From the NCBI RefSeq assembly GCF_009914755.1, contig NC_060944.1: a stretch of DNA of 64,000 bases; one strand, 5' to 3'. Source of the DNA: the human T2T-CHM13v2.0 reference genome, Homo sapiens. The notes beneath the pieces were generated by a model. That model saw only the letters and a list, made by a program, of their open reading frames with translations. It had not been told where the DNA came from and did not search any database. The stretch's first letter is position 1. Each line of letters opens with the position of its first letter. The position numbers and the translations under genes are program-made. Below, piece after piece: positions 11,398 through 24,133 of the stretch.

Positions 11398-12989
11398 CTC
11401 TAAGAGATGATATTAATCAATAGGTGAATTTTGAAAGAATGAAGAATGATGAATGCTGGAGGACCTAAACAATTATCTGGGTGTGCATTTGTTTTCTAAG
11501 TCCATTCTGGGGCATATTTGCTCACTAACAAGCCACTGGGTAGAGCTGGTACCTGAAAAATAGGTTTGTTCAGGCTTATCCTGGCACACATCTCATCACA
11601 CTGGCCAGAGCTGTCAAGACAGAACCTTCATGCTGCTTGTTGCAAATGAGCCCTGGTGATTCCCTTTCTCCATGATTTTAAGCACGTTCCTTTTGCTTCA
11701 TGCTTGAGTTGTGCACATCCTGGCTCCTGATTTAGCATTTCACCAAATGCCCTTCATGTGCTCCAGCAAGCCTCCCAGTGTGAAGGGTTGACACATGATG
11801 GGGTCTGAAGGCTTATTTTCATTTCTTCTTGGGTCTGTTTTCTGTCTCCTCTAGGAGATTGCTTAATTGCTTTTCAAACAGCTATCATGTGCTCCTAGCT
11901 TTACAGCTTCTTCCCAAAGATGATTACAACATCTTATTATTTTTCAAGTAAAAATAGTGCTTCTTTACCCCTCTGTAATGTATGCAGTGTCAGTTTCAAT
12001 AGCACCAGCTGTCTCTCCCCAACATGGATCTCTTTTTTTCTTTATTTCCCCACCTTTGCTATTGTCATCCTGTTTAACCTTTCTCAGAAGAGCTTCCTAG
12101 GCACACAATTATATTTATAGAGTCTCTGTGCATCTGTGGATACAATTAAAATTTAAACACTGCATATTTAGTCTAATGTTGACACTATTCATTTTGTAGA
12201 GAAAAATTTATTTAAGCGTTAATAACTAGATGTGCAAAGTACTTTCCAGTGCATCAATTCTAAGACAGGGAGAAAGAGATCATGCAGTTCTCATCTATTA
12301 GAATTGTGAGTTTGTTTGAAATATATGTGTAATTGGAGACCCAAAGCCTCATTTCAAACGTGCTACTTTATCTCATATTCCAAGCATCCGTGAACGTAGA
12401 TTTTTGAATGAATCCTAAACTTAATCCCTGGTCTAGGCCAGCCTGTTACTGGTTTTGAGTTTGAATAGGGCTTGCGTGACATTTTTTTGATGTCGCTATC
12501 AAATTTAAGTTTACAATAAATAAAATATTCCCCGCCCTTCTCCCAAAAACCTCCCACCCTACATTTTTCAAAATAGACAATCTGAACTAAGAAAGTAAAA
12601 GATGGCTAAAATACATACCAGGGATTGGAAGTCGGTTTGATCACCCCAAACCCTGCACTCTCTGCCTTCACTGCTCCTGAGACCTGCCCAGGGAGGGGCA
12701 TCCACAAGGTGAAAGAACCCAGTGGGCTGCAAACTGTCACCTTAATTAACCATTAGGTAAGCACCCAAAGATGCCAGCATCTCCCAAAAAAGGGCTTCTG
12801 TGGCATAGGCTGGACTCGATGATGGGGCTCAGCCTGGGAAGTAGACATGAGGTTTTCTTCTTCCGGCTTCCTTGAATCTAAGTCACCTGGTCTGTGAAAC
12901 AGGATTCAGCTAGCCATTTAGACCAATGGCTGATGCTGTCAACTACAGATGGAGAAACTAAAGCAATAGAGAGGAAGAAGATTAGGTGC

Positions 12990-13415
12990 TATTGATACCT
13001 GGTCCACACCTCCCACATCTCTTTGTCTGATGGCATTTATGGTCATCGGAGTTTGCTCTATTGTTTCATGGCAGTTTGGAAGTGCAGGCAATGAACACTC
13101 CCCTGGGAGGGCTCTTAAGCAATGATTGACAGGGGTTGGTGGATAATACTATATTATCACACTCCACCCTGTGAGGGGATACCTCTTAGGTGTGCAGTCT
13201 TCTCTGTCTCCCAGAGGTCTGGAGTGAATTGAGCTTCAGGGACCCACAGAGATGGCTTTGCTGATAACACATCCACCCTTTGTGGCTTTTTTCTCTTCCC
13301 TGCCTCACTTTGCCACTCTCCTACTGATGTTTCTTGGAATCACCTCCCAAATACATTATTTGTACTCAGATCCTTATTTCAGTGTCTGCTTCTTGGGGAA
13401 GCCTGTACTAAGACC
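12990..13415 (+). mobile_element. LTR16-type ERVL LTR
   Basis: Ends cacctcccaaatacattatttgtactcagatccttatttcagtgtctgcttc...ctaagac. Confidence 0.7.
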
Positions 13416-13580
13416 AAATGTATGACTGATTCTGTCCTTAATAGGCAGATCCTGTCCGAAGCTGCTGAAAGCATGGAGCATGGGAAGCACCTGGGAAGAA
13501 CACCTGGCACTCAAAAGCACAGGAGGTGAAAGAAATGTGTCGACCTAGCTGCATGCCCTCTCAGCCCTGTAGTGTCCACC

Positions 13581-14006
13581 TGCTATGGTTTAGATGTTTG
13601 TTCTCACAAAACCTCAAGTTGAAATTTGATCCCCAGTATTGGAGGTGGGGCTTAAAGGGAGGTGTTTTGGTCATGGGGGCAGGTCGTACATGAATAGACT
13701 AATCCCCTCCTTTGGCTGGGGGAGCAAGTGAGTTTTCATTCTATTAGTTTCTGAGAGAGCTGGTTGATGAAAAGAGCCTGGCACCTCCCCTCTTCATCTT
13801 TCTTTCTCTCTCACCATGTGATTTCTCTGCACATAGTGACCCCGTTTCACCTTCTGCCATGAGCGGAAGCAGCCCTAGGCTCTCACCAGATGCAGACACC
13901 CGACCTGGAACTTTCCAGTCACCAGAATCATGAGCCAAACAAACCCTCTTTCTTTATAACCTAGCCTCAAGTATTCCTTTATAGGAACACTAAACAGAGT
14001 GAGACA
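13581..14006 (+). mobile_element. MST (B/C-like) MaLR solo LTR
   Basis: tgctatggtttagatgtttg...ctaaacagagtgagaca, TSD ccacc/ctacc. Confidence 0.88.
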
Positions 14007-16564
14007 CTACCCACTAGTGGAACTTGGCCCATGAGTTTCTCAGATTCTGATCAACAGGGTTTCCAATTCTTTCTTCACTGGGGAAGTGACAGTGGAAAGC
14101 ACAGTAGTAAAATAATTGCAAAATTTATTTTCAGGTTTCCATTTCACACTCCACACTCCAAATAAAAGAATAAACCTGAAAAAAATGTTTCTCCTCGCTA
14201 TAGTTCAGGTTTATCCCAGGCCACTTCCACTTCAGAGTAGCAGACACTTCAAGCTGCCCTGGGTCAGAACTCTCTGAAAGCTTCCTTGCAGGAAGAAGAA
14301 ATACTATTTGTCTCTATTTCATATTCAAAGCTTCTTACCATTCCCAGCTACCCGTCACTTTCAAATTCATCAAGCTAGGACTGACTATTCAAACAAGACA
14401 GTTCTTTAATTCCTCACTTTCTGGTAGGAACATGACTCAGAGCTACGAAAACCTTGTAGTACAGGCTTTTGGGTGCATTTTATTAAAAGGTAAGATTATG
14501 CTCGAAGCAAAGGTTAGGCAAACATTTGCTTAATGCCTTAGAACTCAACAAAGAGGGAACATTTTCTCAAGTCAGGAAGCTGAATAAAATGGCTGCTAGG
14601 TTGAGAAAGGTCTTTACTTAAAGGTCAAACTAAAATATAATGGGAAAGAAAAATAGTTTAAAATAGTTTTTTTTTTTTTAAAGGGAGACTGGCGGTTCTA
14701 AGTGGAGATTTGCTTCTTCTTTCAAAATTTCAAAAATTCATATGTCAGTTTTGAAACACAATTATTCTTAAAAACAAATACATAATTGAAGCAGTGCCAC
14801 TAAATTGGCCCCCAGCGCAGCCTCCAATTTAAACAGGAGGCAAGTTCTCAAGCATTTGGAGGTGCCAGCCGCCCTCCTTCCCAGCAAGACCTAACCAGCT
14901 CCTTCACAGCACCTGGCTTCTCCAGGCAGCTCCATGTTCCAGATTGCCAGACTGTGCCCTGTTTGCTGCCATTTCACCCTTTCCATCAGATCCCATTTCC
15001 CAAGGACACAACTGGGTTGGGAAATGCAGCAGCAACTCGAACTTTTTCTGGGGCCAGAAACATTACATTTCACAGATGCAGCTAGCACAGTGCCTTTCTG
15101 CCACAGGGAGGAATTGTGGGGCTGGCAGGGAGCTGGGTGCAACACCCAGGTCTGGGAAGCTTCTCAATTTTCTGGAAGCCCCACATGTAGGAGGCCACCA
15201 AGATTTCGAGCAAGCACCAGGCAATACATTCTTGTTTCATGGTCAAATGAAGAGTTGGGGATGCTCTTTTTTTCCCAAGCTCTTAACGACGCTCTCTAAA
15301 TTTCAGCAAATTTTCTCATCCAAATCTGACTTAATCAAACCCTCTCAGGAACTTCTTTGTACTTGTTATATTGTGTAGAAGTGACATTTTGAATATCTGG
15401 ATTTGATAGACGTTGTTGCATCTGTGAGATGTATGGAAGGTAGATTAATTCTCCTAGATACATGGGTACTAGTTGTACCCATATATTTTGAAACACTTCT
15501 TTACTAGTTGGTAAATAGTTATTTCCCTGAAGCCCCCAAGAGTGTTCCTTCACTGCCACACCTGCCTCATAAGTCCCTCCCCTGTTATCACAAGGACCTC
15601 AAACAGTTAGAGGGTGAATGCCCGGAAGAGCATCTGTCCTTCAGGACTCTGCTCTGTTCTAATGGGCTGGTGCCTGCTCTCTCTCTGTTGTACTAATTCA
15701 GTGAGACTGTGCTTCCTTCTCTCTGGGATCTGGTTCTTCACGACCTCACTGCTTTGGTAGCTCTCTGAAAGCACAAACATATTCATATATTTTGTGCAGC
15801 TTTTCTGTTTTCTCTTATTGAGAGAGTTGGTAAGTCATAAGCCAGTCTATCACCACTGGCAGCTGGAACCATCAGTGTATTATGTGAAACAGATGTGTCT
15901 CTACGGGTTAAGAGTTTGATTACTTGCAGCCAAATGAATTCTTAACTGTTAAGCTTGTTACGGCCAGGACTGTGCTATGTGTGGATCTATGCTATGTTGA
16001 TGTGTGTAACGACTTGGGTGTATGATCTAAAGGAAAGAGACTGAGCAAGCTGCCTTGATCAGAGAAGAGAACTATAACAAGCAGACTCCAGAACAAAGTA
16101 AATACTTAGGGTAATCAGAGAAGGATAATTTGGATTTCTTCATTGAGAAACAAAAGGCTAAGAGATCCATAAAGTATACTAACAGGATAAAACGGTTATT
16201 AGAGAGAAAGGTTTGGAAACTGCTGAATGGTAATATTTCTAAGTTAACAAATTGCTGAAACTCAAGAGGAAGTCATTTTGTTTTAGCTTTGCCATTAAGC
16301 ACAAAGCCGAAACTTTTGGCACATGATTTATAACACTCAGAGCTCTGCAGATTTTATTAAAAGTATTAAATAAAGCCTGAAACCTCCCAAGGTGTCCCAC
16401 AGCCTGCAATATGGAGAGATAAAGGGCTTTTTCCATGGTCAGACATTAGGCATGGGTATAAGTGATTAAAGGAGACACACAGTTAAAATGCTTATGAACG
16501 CACACATACACAGGTATTTGGTAGGAATAGCCTGTCTAAATCTCATGCCTTCTGTGACACATTG

Positions 16565-17012
16565 AATTTTCCAAATATGGCCCTATCAGCATGTTCCATC
16601 ACCCATGTTCCTTTTCTTGGCACTGGGTGGGCCTGTGACTAGGTGAACAGGATACTGTGTGACTTCTAAGAATAAAAGTCCTCGGAGCCATACAACTTTC
16701 AGTAGCCCTCTTGGAACTCTTGACCTTGGATCCTGCCACCCACCACATGGAAAGGCCACTATAGGCTGTTCTGGCCACAGGCCTTATCTGAGGTCCTAGA
16801 TGACAGCTCACATTGGCCACCCATTATCTATACCATCTGCAGCAGCCATATGAGTGAGACTGCAGAAGATCCCTGCCCCAGTCTTTGAGCATGCCACATG
16901 GAGCTGAGATGAGCTGTCCCCATTGACAAAACTGCTTTTTCAGATTCATAGGGAAAATACATGCTTTAAACCACTAAGTTTAGGAGTGGTTTTTCATGCA
17001 GCAACAGCTAAC
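16565..17012 (+). mobile_element. MLT1-type MaLR LTR
   Basis: Ends tttaaaccactaagttttaggagtggtttttcatgcagcaacagctaac. Confidence 0.7.
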
Positions 17013-17429
17013 TCCTCTTCCCTATATCTGAGTGTAATGCTTATGAGAGTTGCTGAGATATCGCTTAAGACAGAGAAAGAACCTGGAGAGACATAGAGTG
17101 TACCAGGAACATTAGCTGATCCAACAAACATTAAAGGCAAAGCTCTGGCTTAATAAAGCCTCTATCTAGATCTGGCATGAGGTCTTTCCTTGTGGAGATG
17201 ATTGGCAGAAATATAAAGGCAGTTCTGGCCCCAACCTTTAAATGATACTGGTTTTAAGGTCCCTGGGCATGGCTTTTTTGAGAAAAAAATTAAAGATAAA
17301 AGTAAAAGGGTATTTGACAGAGACCACCAATTGAATCCCCAAATTTGTTTTCTCCTTCATCCTTTAGTAGTAGTAAGTTCCTGAATTTTAGCAATGCACA
17401 GACCACTCAGAATCAAGATTCCTATTTCA

Positions 17430-17891
17430 GGTGCTTGTGATGCTTCATGCTGCTGCCCTGCAGTCCCTGTAACCTCATGGCAGCCCTGGACGACAAGTTC
17501 AGGCATCAGGCACACATGGAGTCTTTCTATTCTTTCTTCTCTGAAGCTGTGGAAGGACAAGTGTGGGCATAACCTGGACCTGTAGGGACAACTGCCCTCG
17601 GCCAATGGGGGATGGTAGTGGGTGGATAGAGGCCGCCACCTCCTCTTCCTTAGATGGACTAATTCTGAGCTGTGTTCTACAAGGTTCCCCAAAGGCCTCC
17701 TGTGGGATTGAACCCCAGATGCCTAGAGCAGCAAGAAGCTCAATGACACTCCCTCTACTGGCTTTTCTTCTTCCCTTGACTCACTTTTATTACTCAGTCA
17801 CTTCTATATTTTGGAAGTATCTCCTAAGTAAAGTACTTGTGCCCAAGTCCTTATTTCAGGGTCTGCTTTTGAAGAAACCCCAACTAACACA
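17430..17891 (+). mobile_element. LTR16-type ERVL LTR
   Basis: Similar to 12990-13415; ends cagggtctgcttttgaagaaaccccaactaacaca. Confidence 0.7.
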
Positions 17892-18044
17892 ATTATGTTT
17901 CCCAGCTTTTCTTGCAGCCAGATGTCACTATGAAACTCTGATCTGCTTCCCTGTGCTGTTACTCTATAAATTGTGGTGACTCTTTTGTTTCCCTTAGTCA
18001 ACAGTGCTAGAATATGGCCTGTTGTCTCAACTTTCTTAGTATAG

Positions 18045-18265
18045 CAGTTAAGATTTTGAACTTTAGAGCCCTAGAGCCAGATTTCTAGGGTTCAAATCCT
18101 GGCTCAGCCACTTGTCAGCTGTACGATCTTTGGATGGCAGCTTAATCTTGCTGTGTCTCAGTTTCTTCATTTGTAAAGAAAATATATATAATGATGATAA
18201 TAGTAATCTTGTTGTGGGTGCTAAGTAAGGAAACATATGTAAAGTAATGAGAAAAATGCCTGATA
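18045..18265 (+). mobile_element. MIR
   Basis: gggttcaaatcctggctcagccactt...gtgtctcagtttcttcatttgtaaa. Confidence 0.75.
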
Positions 18266-18268
18266 GAT

Positions 18269-18697
18269 TGTAATAGTCTGTTTTGTGTTACTGTAATAGA
18301 ATACTTAAGCTTGGGCAATTTATAAAGATAAGAGATTTATTCAGTTTATGATTCTGTAGGCTGGGAAGTTCAAGATTGGGCAGCTGCATCTGCTGAGGGC
18401 CTCAGGCTTCCACTCATGGAAGAAAGTGGAAGGGGAGCGGGCATGTGCAAAGAGATCACACAGTGAGAGAGGAAGCAAGAGAGACAAACCAAGGAAGCCA
18501 GAACCTTTTTAACAACCTGGTCTTTCAGGAACTAATTCATTCTTATGAGAACCAGAACTCACTTACCCCTGCAGGAGGGCATTACTCTATTCATGAGGGA
18601 TCCACCTCCTACTAGGTCCCACCTTCCAACACTGCCACATTGGGATCAAATTTCAACATGAGTTTTGTTGGGGACAAGCCACATCCAAACCATAGCA
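18269..18697 (-). mobile_element. MST (B/C-like) MaLR solo LTR
   Basis: tgtaatagtctgttttgtg...ccacatccaaaccatagca. Confidence 0.85.
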
Positions 18698-19599
18698 TAA
18701 TGTTAAATCATAAAAATACTGTTATATATATTCTTAATAAAATATCTAACCACTTCTTGATAAATAAAAATGGTTGATTCCCATACTTGCGCCCAGGTCA
18801 CCAAAGTGTGAATGATTTGGAGACCAAGGCAAGAACTCTGGCTCTGGAATCAAATCAGGAGAATGCCCTAATTGCGACTGTACTGCTATTGTTGAGAAGA
18901 CAACTTGACAACTCACTGTTGGTGAAGTAACTTTCTGAAGACTTGAACCTCATGCATTTCCTCCAGAAACAGACACAAGTGGAGGACCCAAGGTTAGGGA
19001 TGAGGAGCACATGATGATAGGGCCATGTGGCACCTCAGGGACTTGTTAATCGGTCATGTAATTAGGAGCCTCTTGCTTGGCTCTGCTTGCATTAATGTTT
19101 GTGTGGTTTGTAATGTCTGTGTAATGTGAGAAGAGACAAGCCAAATAGAAAATAAAGATGGTTTCTTGCTTCTCATGAGATGCTTATACCTTGTCCATAG
19201 GCACTGAGACACACTCATTCAGCTTAATTTTAAGAAGGCTTATTTCGTGTCTATATTAAACCCATCAAGAATCTCAGCTTAGGATCCCTAAACTGAAAAT
19301 GAAACTGTCATTGGATAGATCTTTTAATCTTGGAAACAAATTTGGGGAAAGAAAAGCCTTTTTTTAAAGGCGGAATATGTTTTGAAAATGTTGCAGACAG
19401 GGCTACAAGACATGAACAAAGACTTAAGTATCAAAAGATAATATTCACTCTGTGTTCCTAGTTTGGACCACTCAGAAATTTCCATCTCAAGAGTGATTCC
19501 TTTTCAATGAGGAGTTGGAAAAAGCTAATTAGGTGAATGGGGTTCTATTGTTTTTGTCATGTGAAAATAATGGATTCATTTTTAATGCTTTTTTAATGA

Positions 19600-19800
19600 T
19601 AATTAAAAACATAGCATACTTGCTAAGTGTCAGTACTGCCTTGCCTCATTGAATCTCAAATTGATCTGATGAGATGAACAATTTTATTTTCCCATGTTAC
19701 AGATGAGAGTATTGAGGCATAGAGAGGTTAAGTAACTTAACAACAACACCAAACTAGGATTTGACTTTGGATAATCTGGCTGGAAGCTCACTATCATAAC
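19600..19800 (-). mobile_element. MIR fragment
   Basis: cccatgttacagatgagagtattgaggcatagagaggttaagtaactt. Confidence 0.7.
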
Positions 19801-21326
19801 AATCATATTATGAGACAACTGTGGCTCAAAGTTTAAATTCGTTTATTATATTTCCTGAAAAATCTAAAATTTGGAATTTGGGACTTTAAAAAACTTTTAT
19901 TCCTAACAGACACTGATGGTCTTCTAATTGTTTTCTCCTCTATGTTATATTCATTTTTACTCTCTGTTTTTCTAATTGAAATTAGAAATAAAATTCTTAT
20001 AACTGAAAATTCACCATTTTAACTATTTTAAGAGTATAACTCAGTGGTTATACTCTTAAAATTTGTAATATTATGCAATCATTGCTAACATCTAATTCCA
20101 AAGAATATCACCCCAAAAGAAAACCCTGTGCCCATTAAATAGTAACTCTCCATTCTACCTTCCCCTTAGCCTCTGGCAAACTTAGTGTACTTTATGTCTC
20201 TACGGATTTGCCTATTCTGTACATTTTCTGAAAATGGAATTATATAATATGTGGCCTTTTTAGCCTGACTTTTTTTAGCTTAGCATAATATTTCAAAGGT
20301 TATCTATGTTGTAGTATATATTAGTACTTCATTTCTTCTTATGGCTTTATAATATTCCATTGTATGGATATGACATATTTTGTTATCCATTGATAAGTTA
20401 TGGGGCATTGGCTGTTTCTACTTTTTGGCCATTATGAGTAATGCTTATGTAAACATTTATGTACAATTTTTATGTAGACATATGTTTTCACTTCTCTTGG
20501 ATATACATATAGGAGTTGAATTGCTGAGTCATATGATGATACTATGTTTAACTTTCTGAGAAGCTGCCAGAATATTTTCTAGTGGCTGTACCATTTTATA
20601 CCCTCATCAGCAATGTATAAGGGTTCCAGATCTTTTCTAACACTTATTATTTTGTCTTATAGCCATTCTAGTGGATGTAAGTGGTATTTCATTGTGATTT
20701 TGATTTGCATTTTCCTACTGACTAACAATGTTCAGAATATTTTCATGTGCTTATTGCTCATTTGTACATCTTCTTTGGAGAAATGTTTATTCAAGTCCCA
20801 TTCTCATGTTTTAATGAAGTTGTTTGTCTTTTTGTAAGAGTTCTTTATACATTCTGGTTACTAGACCCTTATCAGATACACGGTTTGCAAATATTTTCTC
20901 CCTTTATGTGGATTGTCTTTAGACCTCTTAGTAGTGTTCTTTGATGCACAAGACATTTTAGTTTTAATGAGTCAAATTTATCTCTTTTCTTTGTTATTGC
21001 TTGTGCTTTGGTGTTGTAGTTAAGAAACCATGGCCTAATCCAAGGTCATAAAGATTTGCATCTATTTTTTCCTTCGAAGAGTTTTATCACTTTCATTGAG
21101 GTCTTTGATTCATTTTAGTTATTTTTTTATATGATGTTGAGGAAGGGGCTCAAATTCATTCTTTTCTATGTGGATATTCAGTTGTCCTAGAACCATTGTT
21201 GAAAAGAATAGTCTTTCCTCATGAAATGACTTTTGTATCCTTGTTGGAAATCACATGATGTATGGGTTTATTTCTGGATTCTTGATTTTATCCCATTGAT
21301 ACATATGTTTATCCTCATGCCAGTAA

Positions 21327-21693
<367 letters not shown>

Positions 21694-23520
21694 CTTCCAA
21701 CTTTATTCCTATTTTCAAACATTATTTTAGCTATTTGTATTATCCTATGATTTCATATAATACTTAGGATTAGCTTGTCCATTTCTATACAAAAGAAACC
21801 TGGAATTTTGATAGGAATTGAATTGAAAATATAGATAAGCTTGGGAAGTATTGCCATTTTAAGAATATTAAGTCTTTCAATCCAGGATTATGAGGCTTTT
21901 CTCCAAGTTGTTTAGGTCCTCTTTAATTTCTTCGGACAATATGTTGTTGTTTTGTTCTAAAGTTTTTGCAATTACTTTGTTACATTTATTCATAAGTACT
22001 TTATTTCTTTTGATGATATTGCAAATGGAATTTAAATTTTGTTTGTTCACTGCAAATATATAGAAATCAATATTTGAATATTGATCTTGCAACCTGCAAC
22101 TTTGCCAAACTCACTGATGGTTTGGATATTTGTCCCCTCTACATCTCATGTTAAAATGTAATTCTCAGTGTTAGAAATGGAGCCTGGTGGGAGATAATTG
22201 GATCATCGAGGCAGATCCCTAATGAATTCTTTAACACCATCCCTTTGGTAATAAGTTAGTTCTTGCTCAGTTAGTTCATGTGAAATCTGATTGTTAAAAA
22301 GCATGTGGCACCTCCCGCCTCACTCTCTCTTTCTCCAGCTCTTATGATGTGATGCAACTCTTCCTCCTTTACCTTCTGCCATGATTGTAAGCTTCCTCAG
22401 ACCCTCAGTAGAAACAGATGCTGGCACCATGCTTACTGTACACCCTGCAAAACTGTGAGCTAACTACACTTCTCTTCTTTATAAATTACCCAGTCTCAGG
22501 TATTCCTTTATAGTAAAGTCAATGGCCTAATACAGAAAACTAGTATTGAAGAGTGGGACATTGCTATGCAGATACCTGAAAATGTGGAAGCAGCTGTGGA
22601 ACTGGGTAATGGACAGAGGTTCATAGAGTTTGGAGGGCTCAGAAGAAGACAGGAAGATGAGAGAAAGTTTGGAACTTTTTAGAGACTTGTTAAGTAGTTG
22701 TGACCAACATGCTGATAGGGATGTGAATAGTGAAGGCCAGGCTGATGAGATCTCAGATAAAAATGAGAAACTTATTGGGAACTGTAGTAAAGATCACCTG
22801 TGTTATACCTTTGCAAAGAACTTGGCTACATTGTGTTTATGTCCTAGGGATCTTTAGAAGTTTGAACTTAACAGTGATAACTTAGGACATATGGTTGAAG
22901 AAATTTCTAAGCAGCAAAGCATTCAAAGGCATTCAAGGTTTGGACTGGCTGCTTCTAAAATGCTATATTCATATGTGGGAGCAAAGACATGACTTAAAGT
23001 TGGAACTTACATTTAAAAGGGAAGCAGAGCATAAAAGTTTGGAAAATTTGAAGCCTAGTTATGTGATAGAAAAGAAAAGCCCATTTTCTGGGGAACAATC
23101 CAAGTGAGTTGTGGAGTATTCACCTGCTAGAGTGATTAGCATGACTAAAAGGGAGCCAGATGCTGATAGCCAAGACAATTAGAAAAAAGCCTGGAAGACT
23201 TTTCAGAGATCAATGAGGCAGCTTTTTTCATCAGAGGAAAATAGGCCTAGAAGGAAAGAATAATTTCTTAGGAACCCTAATTTCCTAGGGTTCTGCCACC
23301 CTGTGCAGCCTCAGGACACTGCTCCCTGTATTCAGGCTACTCCAGCCTCAGCCTCAGATCAAAGGTCCCCAGGTACAGCTTGGGATACTGCTTCAGAAGG
23401 CACAAGCTATAAGCCTTGGTGGCTTTCATGTGGTGGTAAGCCTGTGGGCCCACAGAATACAGGAGTGATGAAGGCTTGGTGGCTTCCACCTAGATTTCAG
23501 AGGATGTATCAGAAAGCCTG

Positions 23521-23808
23521 GGCTGGGCATGGTGGCTCATGCCTGTAATCCCAGTACTCTGGGAGGCTGAGGCAGGTAGATCATTTGTGATCAAGAATTT
23601 GATACCAGCCTGACCAACACAGTGAAACCCTCTCTCTACTAAAAATACAAAAAAAAAATATTAGTGGGGTGTGGTGGTGCACGTCTGTAGTCCCAGATAC
23701 TTGGGAGGCTGAGGCAGAAGAATAGCTTGGACCCAGGAAGCAGAGGTTGCAGTGAACCAAGATTGCAGCACTGCAACTCCAGCCTAGGTGATGGAGCAAG
23801 ACTCTGTC
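23521..23808 (+). mobile_element. AluS inserted in the MaLR internal region
   Basis: Full Alu body; TSD agaaagcctg (23511-23520) / agaaatcctg (24129-24138). Confidence 0.95.
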
Positions 23809-24037
23809 AAAAAGAAAGAAAGAAAGAAAAAGAGAGAGAGAAAGAAAGAAATAAAGAGAGAGGAAGGAAGGAAGGGAGGAAGGAAGGGAAGAAAGGAAGG
23901 AAGATAGAAAAGAAAGAAAGAAAGAAAGGAAGGAAAGGAAAGAAAAGAAAAAGAAAGAAAGAAAAGAAAGGAAGGAAGGAAGGAAGGAAGAAAGGAAAGA
24001 AAGGAAAGGAAGGAAAGGAAGAAAGGAAGAAAGAAAA

Positions 24038-24081
<44 letters not shown>

Positions 24082-24133
24082 AAAAAGAAAAGAAAAGAAA
24101 AGAAAAGAAAAGCAAAAAGAAAAGAAAAAGAAA
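23809..24133 (+). repeat. ~325-bp polypurine (GAAA/GGAA/GAAAA) repeat derived from the Alu tail
   Basis: Almost pure A/G tract lying between the Alu body and its TSD. Confidence 0.97.

Noticed and set aside
14891-15696. Overlapping 60-144 aa ORFs in apparently unique sequence
   Set aside because: No recognisable homology or exon structure; the lengths are compatible with chance in moderately GC-rich DNA.
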